From: Gordius albopunctatus
Taxonomy: Eukaryota
NCBI GenBank assembly: GCA_964276515.1
Contig: OZ193910.1
Span: 930,001 to 994,000, forward strand
DNA: 64,000 nt
Direction of reading: 5' to 3'
This document shows, one piece after another, positions 40,164 to 53,883 of the stretch; positions within the stretch are counted from its first letter, which is position 1; each line of letters starts with the position of its first letter. A program made the position numbers and the translations under genes. The notes beneath the pieces were generated by a model. That model searched no databases. It saw only the letters and a program-made list of their open reading frames with translations, and was not told the DNA's origin.

Positions 40164-40194
40164 GCCAAAGCGACGCTTGGCCGGGAACAGCTAG
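40164..40194 (+). mobile_element. Helitron-type 3' terminus
   Basis: GC-rich hairpin GCCAA(A)GCG-A-CGCTTGGC about 10 nt before CTAG followed by T. Confidence 0.6.
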
Positions 40195-40967
40195 TTTTTA
40201 ATTGATTAATTGCTAAGGCATTTATGTAAAACATTTTTATAAGATTCATCTACAAGAGCATTAAAGGGCGTTAAAAAATAATTATATATTTTATAATAAT
40301 ATTTCGTCCTATTCAAAGACATCATGAGAGCGTTTATAAATCATTTATCAGCAAAATATTTACTGGAAACCGATGCCCATGAAAACATTTATGTAGCAAT
40401 TTTTTATCTATGTTTAAAGTATACATTACAACTATACTAATAAAATAATATGAGAATATTAAAATAATTGTTTATTTAAATGACAATATTACTTTACTAA
40501 CTAATATTTATTTAATTATAAAAAAATTATGGTAAATAGGTGTTGTGTGCATGGGAGTAGCCAGCATTGGGATTAGAGGGGGGGACAATGACGATTAAAG
40601 GAGGGGCAAAATGATATTTTTTCAGAAACTTTAGTCATAATTTTAATAAATTTCAACATTTTTTTTTGATTTAGAGGGGGGCAGCCGCCCCTCCCTGCCC
40701 CCCTTTGGCTACTAAATTAAACTATAATACTTTGAAGTATCTCTGAGTGGATAAAACTTCTTTTGCAGAATCATGCTCGGAAATATTGTGATGGTGGTGG
40801 GGCATAAGCATCTTTCAAAATATTTTAGGGTTAACCTTAGTTTTAAGTTTGAGAGTTGATGACACCATAAATATTTCCCTATACCAAACCTGGGTGTTGA
40901 GCATAACTTCGGAGTCATTATTAAGTTAAGAAACAAAATTGTAAGTTATTTTCCTTTGTGTGTGAAT

Positions 40968-42035
40968 TAGAGGTGTGTACGGATCAAATTTTTCTTACCC
41001 GATCCGAGGGGTTTTTGAAAAATTTTATATCCATCCGATCCGATCCGAGTTTTTTAAAATCTAAATTCGATCCGATCCGAAACTTTTAAATTAAAATTTT
41101 ACGAACAGAACTTTTTATTGATGATTAAATTCAAAATACCTAAAAATAAGGTATAGCAATTTTAATAGACCTGAAATAAATATAAAATTTTATTTGACTA
41201 ATTCCATATTATCATATAAAAATAATAAAGAATCTTGTTAACGATTGAAAACGGTCGAATATCTTTTGAAATAAAAGAAATTAGATGCTTTTCAAAAAAA
41301 ATTTTAATTTTGTGATTTCAGCGAGAGGTTTGGTAACAAATTTGTCAATTGTATTTTTAGCTGAAGTTTTTGGAATACATTTATGATGCAAAAGATGGGA
41401 ACTACCTCGAATGGAATTATATGTGTAGATATGATGGCATTTCTTGCAGAAAACATAACCGGTGTATGTATCATTTTCATTTATTTATTTGACTTTTTCC
41501 GTCTTCTTTTTTAACTTGTTGAAGCATTATTTCTTTTAAATTTTTTTATTATTTCTTCCATGACGGTTTTTAATATGATAAACAATAGAAAGGATCTACG
41601 CGTGTGTCTTAAGGAAAGGGGAAATTATGATTGATGATTTTCGGAGTTGAGTTGAGATGGAAAGAGACGCATGTGATAAAAAGGAAAGGGGAGATGCTTA
41701 TTTATCATTGACACAAGCTCCCTTCTCGCCAAACAAGAAAGTCTACCTAGGGAAAAACGCTAGGGAAATACTGATAAATATGTTAGGGTAAGTAAGGTGA
41801 AAGGTGGCATTGGGCATCAAAAATGGTAAAGTAAAAAAAGAATGCAAAGATAATTATGAAAACGTATACTAAAAATTATTAATTTAATTAATTAGAACTT
41901 ATTATTGTTTATTTTAAATTTGAAAATCCGATCCGACTAAAATAAGATGTTGATCCGATCCGACTTCCAAAATTTAAATATTGACCCGATCCGAGTTCGG
42001 ACGGATCGGATCGGATTGATCCGTGCACATCTCTA
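40968..42035. mobile_element. Non-autonomous hAT element, 1068 bp
   Basis: TIR TAGAGGTGTGTACGGATC / GATCCGTGCACATCTCTA; perfect 8-bp TSD GTGTGAAT; clustered CCGAT subterminal repeats at both ends. Confidence 0.92.
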
Positions 42036-42146
42036 GTGTGAATATTCTTTTCATCTAATTACGTTGGCACTATATTATATTTTTTCAGATTAATGCGTTT
42101 TAAGGCAAAATATTTCAAGGTTTTAAAGCAGATATTCAAAGACTTA

Positions 42147-43239
42147 TCTAATATATAAAAATCAAGTGAAACGGTGTGCGTGGCTAGACCGATTTAGATG
42201 GAAATTTCTGTGAATGATTGGTAGGTCTGAGCCTAGGTTTTTAACTATATTTCAAGATTCTAAGCCACAAGACGGTCATGTTATTAAGTTTTATACGTTG
42301 TGACGTTTACTAAAATGTCACTCAAACGCAACCTCATGACGTACACCGTATCTATCGTGTAGGTAGGTAGGTAGTGTGATAAATGCAGTAGGCATCTTCT
42401 TCTTCTTTATCGTGTTGAAAATCCCACAGACGTGGGGTACGTTTTCAACAGCCTCTTCCATCTGAACTTAATAATGTCCGAAGAACTAAGATATATCAAC
42501 ATTTATTGGAACTTTGTTAAAAGTATTTTCATTTTTCTCCTTATTTAACGCCCAAAAAATTACAAAATAAGATTTTTTAATTTATTCAGCCACGCAGGAG
42601 GGGACACGACCGTCTTATAATCTCATGAAAATTTTTGGATAGTCGACAAAATGTCTTTTTTTAATCTGACCCCCCTCCCTAATTCAAAACCTGCGTACGC
42701 CCATGCTTTGATTTAATGTTTCAAATCGTAAAAAGTTTCCATTTTCCGCAGCACATGCCTAATCCAAGAATGAAAAAATCCAATTAGAAAGAAATTTTAT
42801 TTATCTCTGTTTTTGTTTCAATTTAGTCTTTAAATTTGTGTTTAATTTTATAGATCCCATCATTTGTTGGAAATAAATTGTCTGCGTGTTCTACAAATGT
42901 ATATAATTTTATGTTTTATATTTAATTTTACTTAATATTTCTCTGTTTTTGTTTCAATTTAGTCTTTAAATTTGTATGTTTTCTGTTTCAATTCACTAAA
43001 AAAATATCTGTTTGCGGAAGAATACATTCACAACACAATAGGTACGCAGTATACGTCATGAGGTGGCGTTTGAGTGACATTTTACTAAACGTCAAAACGT
43101 ATAAAACTAAATAACATGACCGTCTTGTGACTTAGAGATTTCAAATATAGTTAAAAACCTAGGCTCAGACCTACCAATCATTCGCAGAAATTTCCATCTA
43201 AATCGGTCTAGCCGTTTCGGAGGAGTTTAACCACGCACA
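42147..43239. repeat. Inverted pair of Helitron-like 5' segments (arms ~42174-42344 and ~43050-43239)
   Basis: The left copy starts A|TCTAATATATAAAA; ~170 bp are reverse-complementary (GGCTAGACCGATTTAGATGGAAATTTCTG... / ...CAGAAATTTCCATCTAAATCGGTCTAGCC). Confidence 0.7.
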
Positions 43240-43781
43240 TGATCTGCATAGGTAGATAGATAGGTCCACCCCTACTAACAGTCGTTTTTTCTTAAAGTTT
43301 ACTCAGGTTAAGTCAGGTTAAGACGAGTGAGAGTCTACATCTTAAGAGATATGTATGAGGGCCTATTGGACTAGATGTCCCAATAGTACAGGTGAGGTGC
43401 CACAAGTCAGTAGGCAGCACACTCGGTTTATATAAAAAACATAAGTAAAAAAAATAATTTACATACCATCTACGGCAATTACTGGAGATAAGGAATAGTT
43501 TACCTCGTTTGGTTGCACACTGGTACCTGCTTGAATCATTGTCAGACGTTGGGAAGAGGGCTTGATGGTTTACGAATGGTAATTAATTTTTCTTGACGTG
43601 TTGAGAGACTTGTAAGCTAGGTGATTGGTGGCAAACATTTTCCAAGCGTTCCTGTCTAAAAGGTCGCATCTAGTTGGTCGGGTTAAAGTACTATGCCGTT
43701 TAATTTTTTCGTGTTCATTTTTTAGTGTGTTAGTATGTAAAGGCGCAATTAATTATTGATTCTCTCTTGAGACTGTGGCAG

Positions 43782-45978
43782 TAGAGATGTTAAAATGCTT
43801 ATATGCTACATGCTCAACCCTGGTAATAGGCACTTATCTCCTACAATTCCCATCTAGCATAAGGAGCAGATGCTGCTTATAACCCGGTTACTAGCACCAG
43901 CAAATTGAAGCTGCTGGTTGAGAAGGATATAAACTAGCTGGGCATCGAGCAGAATTGCTTGATATAAACCGTGGTATCGAGCATGTTTGTTTGAAACTAA
44001 ACATGGTTTTCAGCAGATTTTATTATAGCTTACTTGAGCAGGCAATTGGCATATAATGCTAATACAAACACAATTTTCATATTTATACATAATTGCTTAT
44101 CAATTTTATTTGAATTTTTAATAATAGATCAATACATTGAGATGTTATGATATTATATATAATAAAATAAAAAATATGATAGGGGAGGGAGAGACACCAT
44201 AATCAGAATATGCACATCATGCATGACATCTTGCTGGGGAGGCGAGATTGCAAAATTGGTATTATTTTTTTTATACTACCCGGCGTACCAGTTGCAATTG
44301 CAGCAAGGAATAAATCAACTAAGGCGTAAATTGCTTAACAATTTAAATTAGCACAATTAAATAAGGATATAATTTTAATTGAAAATTTCTAAAATGAAGA
44401 GGAAGTTAATTCTTAGTGATTTTCTCAAAAACGATCTCAACAATTAAAATATAGGACAAAATTTAATTATAAAAATGAAGTATTGAATCTGTCAACGTTT
44501 TACACTACTTAAGATTACTTGTTTTTAATAACTGTTAGTGTTTATCCAACTACCGAAAACCTTCGTAAGAAATACAAATAATTAATATTTACAATATATG
44601 GGTTAAATAAGGTGGAAAAATAATAACTTATTCCAAATTAACCTAAATTTATTTTAAATTATAACGTTGTTAAAAAGTTCGCACACTAATTTTTGTTAAA
44701 ATTATTTGCTTGTCGCGAAGGTAAAACCGCAAAACAATTTTTTTAATTTGTACTAACTGTATGACACCCTAACCTACCAATTTTCGTTTGAATTATCTCT
44801 CTAGCTTTAAAAATGACAATTGTCACCATAGTAAAACCGCTAAACTATTTTTTAATTTTTACTAACTTCATCACATCCTAACCTACCAATTTTTGTTTGA
44901 ATTTTCACTCTAGCTTTAAAAATGACAATTATGACAATTGTCACTATAATAAAACCGCAAAACTATTTTTTTTTAATTTTTACTAACTTCATCACACCCT
45001 AACCTACCAATTTTCGTTTGAATTTTCTCTCTAGCTTTAAAAATGACAATTATGACAATTTTCACCATAGTAAAACCGCAAAACTATTTATAATTTTTAC
45101 TAACTTTATAACACCCTAACCTACCAATTTTCGTTTGAATTTTCTCGCTAGCTTTAAAAATGGCAATTATGACAATTGTCACCATAGTAAAACCGCAAAA
45201 CTATTTTTTTAATTTTTACTAACTTTATGACACCCTAACCTACAAATTTTCGTTTGAATTATCTCTCTAGCTTTAAAAATGACAATTATGACAATTGTCA
45301 CCATAGGAAAACCGCTAAACTATTTTTTAATTTATACTAACTTCATCACACCCTAACCTACCAATTTTCGTTTGAATTATCTCTCTAGCTTTAAAAATGA
45401 CAATTATGACAATTATCACCATAGTAAAACCGCCAAACTATTTTTTTAATTTTTACTAACTTCACCACACCCTAACCTACCAATTTTCGTTAGAATTTTC
45501 TCTCTAGCTTTAAAAATAAAATATATGACAAATATGACTAAGGTAAACCGCAAAATAAATATTTTTTATTTTATTATATATAATATCATAACATCTCAAT
45601 GTATTGATCTATTATTAAAAATTCAAATAAAATTGATAAGCAATTATTTATAAATATGAAAATTGTGTTTGTATTAGCATTATATGCCAATTGCCTGCTC
45701 AGCTAGTAAGCTATAATAAAATCTGCTGAAAACCATGTTTAGTTTCAAACAAGCATGCTCGATACCACGGTTTATATCAAGCAACTCTGCTCGATGCCCA
45801 GCTAGTTTATATCCTTCTCAACCAGCACCCATAAGCAGCTTCAATTTGCTGGTGCTAGTAACCGGGTTATAAGCAGCATCTGCTCCTTATGCTAGATGGG
45901 AATGGTAGGAGATAAGTGCCTATTACCAGGGTTGAGCAGTATACAAGCACAACTATTTCGAGCATTTTAACATCTCTA
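43782..45978. mobile_element. hAT-type foldback element: ~400-bp inverted arms around unique sequence and a satellite array
   Basis: Arms 43782-44177 and 45559-45978 are near-perfect reverse complements apart from a few indels; termini TAGAGATGTTAAAATGCT; perfect 8-bp TSD TGTGGCAG. Confidence 0.93.
44721..45555. repeat. Tandem array, 7 units of ~119 bp
   Basis: The GTAAAACCGC anchor recurs at 44721, 44831, 44949, 45070, 45187, 45306, 45424 and 45543; each unit contains ACCCTAACCTACCAATTTTCGTTTGAATT. Confidence 0.95.
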
Positions 45979-46238
45979 TGTGGCAGGACTCGAAGGCTCT
46001 CTATGGTTCACTAGCTTGGGCGTCAGGCTAATGGGTAGAATATGTGGGGAGTTGAGTCTTTTCTTTTCATCACGACAGAGAATTGAGCCACAACTTTGTA
46101 GGTTTCAGCTTGCTTAGGACCTATTTTCACAATTGTTGCCGAGGTGCTTCACATTTGAACTTATTGATAGGTAACTAATCGCACTCCTGGTATTAGTATC
46201 AGCTGAGATTATTCACAATTAAATGTTACCCATGTAAC

Positions 46239-49200
46239 ATGCATATTATTTTGTATATTTCTGCACTCTTGTATGCTAATCGAGTTATGACTATAGGTAA
46301 CTTCTTTCTACTATTTTTCTATTGTAATATTCAAATTTCTCTATTTTAATACAAATATTTTTAGAAAATATGGAAGTAATAGCTAATTACTCAATAAAGA
46401 TTAGAATAAAGAGGTGGAATACTGACCAAAATTACTACATAATGAAGTTTAAAAAACATGGAGAGTAAGAGTAATTTTTTCATGAATAAACTTAAATGAG
46501 GATTTTCTCCATAAAATTAACAAAAGATGACTCAATATTAACTTCCAATTTTAAATCATATGAGATTGACAAATATGGAGAGAGAAAACAGATTAACCAT
46601 AAATCTAAATTGTTAAAAGGTAGTTTTCATGTTTGATGTGATTCATTTTAAATTTTTAAAATTAATCTTAATTAACTATTTATATATATATAAATAACTA
46701 ATGGGTTTTTAATGTGAAATATAAATATGGAATTGCAAATTATATATTTTGGTATATGCAAGGCAAAACAAAAGATTTTGATGCAGTTGTTATATTGGAT
46801 AAAGACAATATTCCACAAGCTTTTTTTAGGTCAAGTGAATATGATTATTATCTAGAAGTAAACCAACACCTTCTTTTTAATAAATATATTTTGTTATGAA
46901 TGTCTAATGTTTGCTCATGCAAATAGGTTGATCATATATGTAACATTTAAATTTTGTTAGCCTGCTTGGAGACACATACCAACTATTACAAACAAATCAA
47001 TTCTTATTGGTTATAAAACAAATTCAAGTGACCAATTTGGGTATTTTTAATATTCTAAATAACATCAAATAACTTCAATGAAATTTTTTTGGCAGCTTTT
47101 CACTTGGCATTTCCAACTTTAATCCAGCTCAGTCATTGCTAATTGAACCCAACCCAAGTACATTTGTGACCTAAGACTAATAATACTAAGAATGATTAAC
47201 AGCTGATTCTAGATTGTAATAATTGTTCTTAAATTTTTTCTCAAGTTAATATCATATAACAAAAGCCCTAAATATATAAAGTTCATGTTAGGTGAAAAAG
47301 TTTTAAACTACATTGTAAATAGCTTAAATTGCATAAAACATCCACATATTTGAATAGATAATATGTTATCCTTAAAAGTATTATTAACGCCATCTACAGT
47401 ATATATTTTATATACTCTATAATTCTAAAATATTGATAATTAAATGTTAACTATACGCATGCAAAGGTAATTTTATAGTGTTATTTTTATTTCTTTTATT
47501 ATTAGCTGTGCAATTAGGATTTATGTCAAGAATGGTGGTATAATTTATTTATTTCAATGTAATAAACAGCTGCTCACCAATCTATAGTATTAGTATCCCA
47601 CAATACAACTAGATTTATAGACTAATGTCCTAAAATAAAATTTAAAAAATATTTTTTTATTTTTTAAGGTAATATAACTTTCAGACTCAAAAAAAGAGAT
47701 GCCAAAGCTGAACTTTTCCAGAAGTTTCGAGTTTCCAAGAAATACACTAAGCCCACTAAAACACATTGCCCGTTGCTGCTCGTGGCTGATTGGAGATTTT
47801 TTAGGGCAATTGGCAATAATGATGTTCAAAACACAATCAATTATTTGGTAATATGGTTTACCACCAAAATATTTTACCATATGTTAAATTTTATTCTCAA
47901 CTTATTGATGCTTCTATCTAGTAAAGAAATTAACAAATATTTAACAAAATATTCATACCACAGGGATTTAGTACTTTTGCCAATGTGAATTTTTAACATT
48001 AAGCCAGTGTTACTCTCAAAACTCAAACTTCTAGGCTGTAGGGGAGGCTTACACTTTTTTAATGAAAAAAAATATTATAACAACCAAAATAATTTCCCTT
48101 TATCATTTCAATTTGGCTTGGGGTCTCAGTAGACCCCACTACATTACCTACTACATATATCTAAAAAATTTGTCGCTCTTGTCCCTAGATCGGAGTAATA
48201 GCACGTATGAACGCCATTTTTACCACGACCCCATTTCCATCACGTAATAGGCCGGAAGTGGTGTTAAGCGGTTACGGTTTTGTCGTCCGCCAAATCGTAA
48301 TTCACCGCGAACCCAACCTGGACAACGAAGAAAACAAGATGGCGGCCTCTTCGGCGGAAGGCTACAGACATTACAACGATCCTCGAGGGAGGTGGAGCGT
48401 GGCCAAATTTTTGGAAAATTTTTCCCTGCATAGACCCATAATTGAATCACCTCGCTCTTCACCCTATAAATTGGTGAGCGATTCATTGCAAAAATACCTT
48501 GTCTTGTAATTAAATGGCCGTAGCCTGGGGGGGGGGCAAGGAGAGCCTCTAATTGAAGTGCTAGCTACGCCCATGTGTAATTGTATTATAAACATTTTTT
48601 AATTTCAAAATATGAAATCTGTATGAATGATGTCAAGCTTCCGTTTATTTATCGCCTTTCCTCACTAATAAATATAACTGTTTATTAAGAAATAGGATAA
48701 AATGCTGAAAATAGACTTGTTATATACAATAGAAATGTATCAAAAGTATATCGTAGCAGCAGCAATTCCTGTTTTACCATTAGGACATCTGCTTGGCTCA
48801 CTTGTTCACCCACCAGCCCTTCCCCAACAACGTGCTGGGATTGGCATACGTGGCATCTGATAAACCCTACCGCCCCGGTGGTATATGTACGGGACCCCAT
48901 TATCCCCTCTCCTCAATTCAAAATGGCCACCGACGGGTCCCTATATTTTTGAACACGGGTTTCAGTAGTTATCAAAACGAAGCGCTTCGAACCATCTTCA
49001 CCCAGGTGTCATTTGAGAATTATCCAAAATTTAGTCGGACTTGGGACCTTAAAAGGACTAACAAAATTTCTTTGGTCTAATCATAGCCTAACAATACCCC
49101 AGACTAGCCAACACAACAGCTGATTTTATTTGAGTGGGGGTGTAGTTGGGGACATATCGTATTATTGCCAAACTAAACGCTATTTATTGCGCTGAATTTT

Positions 49201-52200
49201 TATTTTTACAAATTAAGCTTTAAGCTAATATCGCCTGACAAAAACGCCCTAAACAAAGTGAAAAAGTTGTGTTTGGTCAAAAAAAAAGTTAAATTTTGTA
49301 GAGCATCCACCACATTAAATCTCCCAAAATCTAGCTTTAAATGGTGCCTAACGCTTCTCAATAAATTTTGATGCGACAAACCGCCGTTCTAGCCTATGGC
49401 ATTCTTAGTCTATCTCAGCTGTTTTCCATCTATTTCGCTTAACCAATTTAATCAAAACTTTCCTCTTTTTGTGTTTGTCGACTAAAACCCCAAGGCAAGA
49501 TCCACCAAACAGACCCCGCCCTTTTTACCACACTATTGATAGGCTTGAACCTAACTAAGCTCCGATTTAAATATGTTAGCTTGCGACGACGCTTATGTTT
49601 TTACAGGAGGCTGATATTGTTACGGCTCACGAATTCGGTCATAGTTGGGGCAGCGAGCATGATGACCCCTCTAGACCAAGATGCTTGGTCACCTCCGCCT
49701 TGCCAGACCAACAACTTTTTACTCCAACGTCCGAGGAGCGAAGGAGTGGCTCTTATTTGATGTTTCCCTTTTCACTCCGCGGTTACGCGCCTAATAATCG
49801 AAAGTTTTCACCTTGCTCGGCCCGGGCCATGGGCGCAGTGCTCGAAGCCAAAGCGGACTCTTGTTTTGAAGAACCCTTTAGAACTTTGGAAACCGACCCT
49901 CCTACCAGCGAGTACTCCTTCTGTGGGAACGGTGTTGTGGAGCAGGGCGAGCTTTGTGATGCTGGCTGGTCGGTCGCTAACACTAACTCGACGCTCATCG
50001 ATCGAAGAAACATATTTAGTTGAGAAAATACCCCTACCCCCCCCCCCCGCTTTTTTTGTTTGTTGTCCGAAGACGTGTAGTTGTGTGGGAACCTTTTATT
50101 TCCTATTTTCTACGAAACATATCGTTTAGTGTCTGAATTAGTCGTAAATGTGATATTGCGTTTTAGTTTAGGCTTGTTTTTTTTTTTTAATTTCTCCGAG
50201 ACTTATTTTGTTTCCTTTATTACCCCGCGTTCGTGATGATGCGCAAAGAGAAAAAAAGCCAAGTGAATTTCTGTGCTAATTTATCAAACTTTTCATTATT
50301 TCTCCTAATATCTTATATTCATCGTGAATTTTATCATATATATCACGAAAATGACAATTGTAAATAGGAGGTGTTCATAGTGAAACGCGGCAAAGAGCGA
50401 ACGGAAATAAGATAGAAATCATTTTGCACTTTTCGCCCAATGGTTAAAAAATTGAATTTGGCATGTATGTATTTTTTATATAGAATAATTACGATCTTAT
50501 GAATGATATTGGTGCAATGCCATCGATATATAATAAATTTCACGATGAATATAAAGATATTTAGAAAAAAGTGAAGAATTTGATAAATTAGCCTAAAAAT
50601 TCACTTCGCTTTCGCACGTCGTCACGAACGCCGCCGCCTTAAAGCTTAATTGAATCACACCATTTTATCTCCCTGCTTTCTGCAATGGGCCCTGGCTATT
50701 ATTAATCGCGCTATTGTGCTGTATAATACTTTGAGATAGTGTAATTGATTTCAAAACCCTCCATCGCTGTCTGGCATTTCGTTTGAAAACCTTAAATCCA
50801 AGCTTAAATACATTAGTGCTTTCAAAAGTTTAAAGTTTAGCATACCTATTTAGGTTAATTTCCTTTTTTACACGCACTTATTACGATTATTTCCTAGTTA
50901 ACGACATTGCCGAAACTATTTTAGGGCTCGGTCCTCTCGGCATTCCTACGGGAGATTCGTGTTGCGACAGAGGCTGCAAGTTCCGGCCCGGTGCTTCGTG
51001 TAGCGATAGGCATAGCCCTTGTTGCTCGGCCTGTAAACCCGCCTCCGCCGGTAACGTGTGTAGGCTGTCACGTGACGACAGCCCCTGTAGCCTGGGCGGT
51101 AGGTGCGATGGGTTGTCAGCTGATTGCGCAGTAATGACGTACCGACCTCGTGGTACCCCTTGCCCTGACGGTACGGGCTATTGTTCCGGGGTAGCGGGAG
51201 GGTGTCTACCCCATTGTCAATTTTTCGGTCTCTCCTCTTGTATCTGCAAATCACCGGGTAAGACTCAAATTATTAGCTTCAAAAAAGTTATCATCGATGA
51301 TGTTGATGCATTAGTAGGGGACAATAATTTAAAATAACACATATAACCCTAACCCTAATTTATATATTTTATATTAGTTTTGCTTGATATACAGAATTCA
51401 ACATGTGTTTTGGTGTAAAGTTGCTCGTCACTGAACTCAGAACTTATTAATTTTTTACAATATTTATTCCAACTCAATGGGCTACTCTAACATTTCGCAG
51501 AATTCGCATTTATGACTTGAGGCCTTAATTGGCGCAGGAATAATGAACTTCTCTAACAAGCTAAAGATTTTTCCATGTTTCAATACTACCCGATTAAATC
51601 CTAAATTTTAATATTTTATTTACCTCCCCCCCCCCCATCATGACTTAGAAAACACGTGTCTACTGTGTTGCCAATCGGATGCCAGGGATGAGGATAGTTG
51701 TAAACCTTTCGTCGCTCCTAACGAAACTCGACCCATAACGTTGCGAGAAGGTCAGCCCTGTCACTATGGATATTGCGGGAAAGAGGTTAAAACGCCCCCA
51801 TATACTTAGCTCCACATTTTATATATGTCCTATTTAGAGAACTGCACGGGTGACCCGAAACCCGATCCGAGTCGAGTTGAATTCAGGTTAAAAATTTTGA
51901 AATGTCTTCGGGTCGGGTTCGGGTCGAAAATTTTAAAATGCTTTCGGGTCGGTTCGGGTTGAAAAAAGTGACTTTGCAGTTCTCTAGTCCAAATACTCTA
52001 TGGTTCGCCTTTAGCAAATTATAGAGAGATCGAAGGGGCAGTATGTTTTGTCTAAAGTTTGACTTATGGTTGAGACTTGACCATGGGCATAGCCAGGGGG
52101 GAGGCAGAAAGGGGCGGCTGCCCCCCCCCTCTGAATGCAAAAATTTTGTTGAAATTTATTAAAATTATGGTTGCTAAAATTTCAAAAAATGATTATTTTG

Positions 52201-53883
52201 CCCCTCCATTAATCTTTATTGCCCTCTGTAATTCCAATGGCGCTGCAGATGGACTTGACCTGAGCCTAGATATTAACATCACTCTTTTCTGGATAAGAAA
52301 GTCGCGACTGGATTTTTTTAAATTTTAATCTATTTTTTGGAAAAGAATTTAAGAGAATCTTTAGATTTAAATCGGGGTGGAGTAGTCCTTGTTACCCCCT
52401 GACTAAGTTTTTGCCATTTACTGTATTGTGATGTCAATATTTGTACCATATTATAGGGTACTTGCCAACGGGAGTTCAGTGATCAAATTGCCAAGATTTG
52501 GAATTATATTGAAAATATCGACATCAACATTTTCGGTACTTTTTATATTTTTATGCATGTATTTAATAATTCCATTTTTTAAAATTAATACAGTTAAATT
52601 GGTCCGAGATAATTTGGTGGGTACGGTAGTGTTAATCACAGCACTGCTCTGGATACCAGCCAGTTTAGCGGTACATTACGCCGTAAGTCAACTAATATGT
52701 TTTACCGATAGACGACTAGTGTTGCAAAAACGGTTGGGTTATGGGTCGAACTTTGGTTCAACTGAGAGTAACGTTCCGTTTTTGTTTCTTTTTCAAATAC
52801 GGTTACTCGACTGAAACCAAAGGCCGACCAAACAAAAGTCAGCTGTTTTAACGACACTACCACAGATGAACAACAAAATGGATTGGCCAACAGCTGATTT
52901 TTACATTAAAAGTAATTAAATAACTTAATGCGACTTGCGCAGTGAAAATAGCAAAAGGTATAGAAGAAAAATCATGGTAACTCCACGCGATTTTCCTTCC
53001 ATATGTGAATTTAACCTTAATTATTCGACAAAATGAGTATTGTATAGTTTGTTACTAGAAGCCCCTACAACCCTTACTTAATAATTATCAGCTGTTTACC
53101 AATCCGATCTTTACATTTATCCCTATGTATAATTATTTTACCACATGTTATTTTGTGAAGGATGTAAAACGAGATGAAGAAATTAAAAAAATGCAAGACT
53201 GGTCGAGCTCCAAAGTAAGAAAGAATACAACGAATTTTTACTTTTTTCGTACATTTTTAGGCATTAAATTCATATAAACTCAATCAAAAATTTATGAATT
53301 TCAGCATTTTGATTGATCCTGGGACGATTGGGAATTTAAACAAATTTTTTGCTCATTTTTTAATACCTCTAATTTAGGAATGACTTGCCACTAAAAGGTT
53401 TTGACCGGAATTAACACGTCTTGGTCTTTCGACAATAAATTCAGATACCCAACAAAAATTATTGTCATTGCCTCCCCTTAGGAAAAAATTTAATGTTAGG
53501 TTACATCTCCCCGCCCCTAGAATTGCATAGCAAATCAAATACTGCTTCTATACGACGTATAGAAAGGCCTAGGTTTGAGGCTTACAAAAAAACAGCTGAG
53601 ATATTAGGGGCAAAACCTATTACCGAGCCCGAAGGAACGATTTTTATATTTTATTTTCAATCTTAAAAAATGTTTACTTTTGTAATCAAAAAGCGATTGA
53701 CGTATTTTGAGATATTATCTTTTAAGTATGTTTAGGTATCCAACCGGAAGGGCTATATTAATTTATATTATTTATTTGGAAGAAAAAAGCCTTGATTCCT
53801 TCGCTACCATCTACTCGGATTACTCAAGTAGACCCACGTATAGTCAAAAGACACATGTCCAAAAAATTAGACCAAAGGCCTAA
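46239..53883 (+). CDS. ADAM17: ADAM17/TACE metalloprotease-disintegrin, multi-exon (cytoplasmic-tail exons and stop uncertain)
   Basis: Signal-like [24 protein letters not shown] furin-type site; [50 protein letters not shown]; Met-turn [30 protein letters not shown] disintegrin; [25 protein letters not shown] transmembrane segment. Confidence 0.92.
50223..50638. mobile_element. MITE with ~120-bp imperfect TIRs in an ADAM17 intron
   Basis: GCGTTCGTGA..AAGTGAATTT..GCTAATTTATCAAA..TATATTCATCGTGAA pairs with its reverse complement at ~50520-50631; exact termini uncertain. Confidence 0.75.
51835..51986. mobile_element. hAT-type MITE (TAGAGAACTGCA)
   Basis: 12-bp TIR TAGAGAACTGCA; TSD GTCCTATT/GTCCAAAT (6/8); ACCCGA/TCGGGT subterminal repeats. 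Confidence 0.75.

Noticed and set aside
43300..43780. Possible LINE 3' remnant on the minus strand (LDRNAWK-like)
   Set aside because: Too short and degenerate to assign.
44721..45555. Telomeric repeat (CCCTAA/CCTAA) or CRISPR
   Set aside because: There is only one CCCTAACCTA per 119-bp unit, not a telomeric tract, and there are no spacers.
48220..51254. Antisense and alternate-frame ORFs (48220-48486, 48685-48900, 49783-50013, 50946-51254)
   Set aside because: Shadows of GC-rich ADAM17 exons; no independent protein signal.
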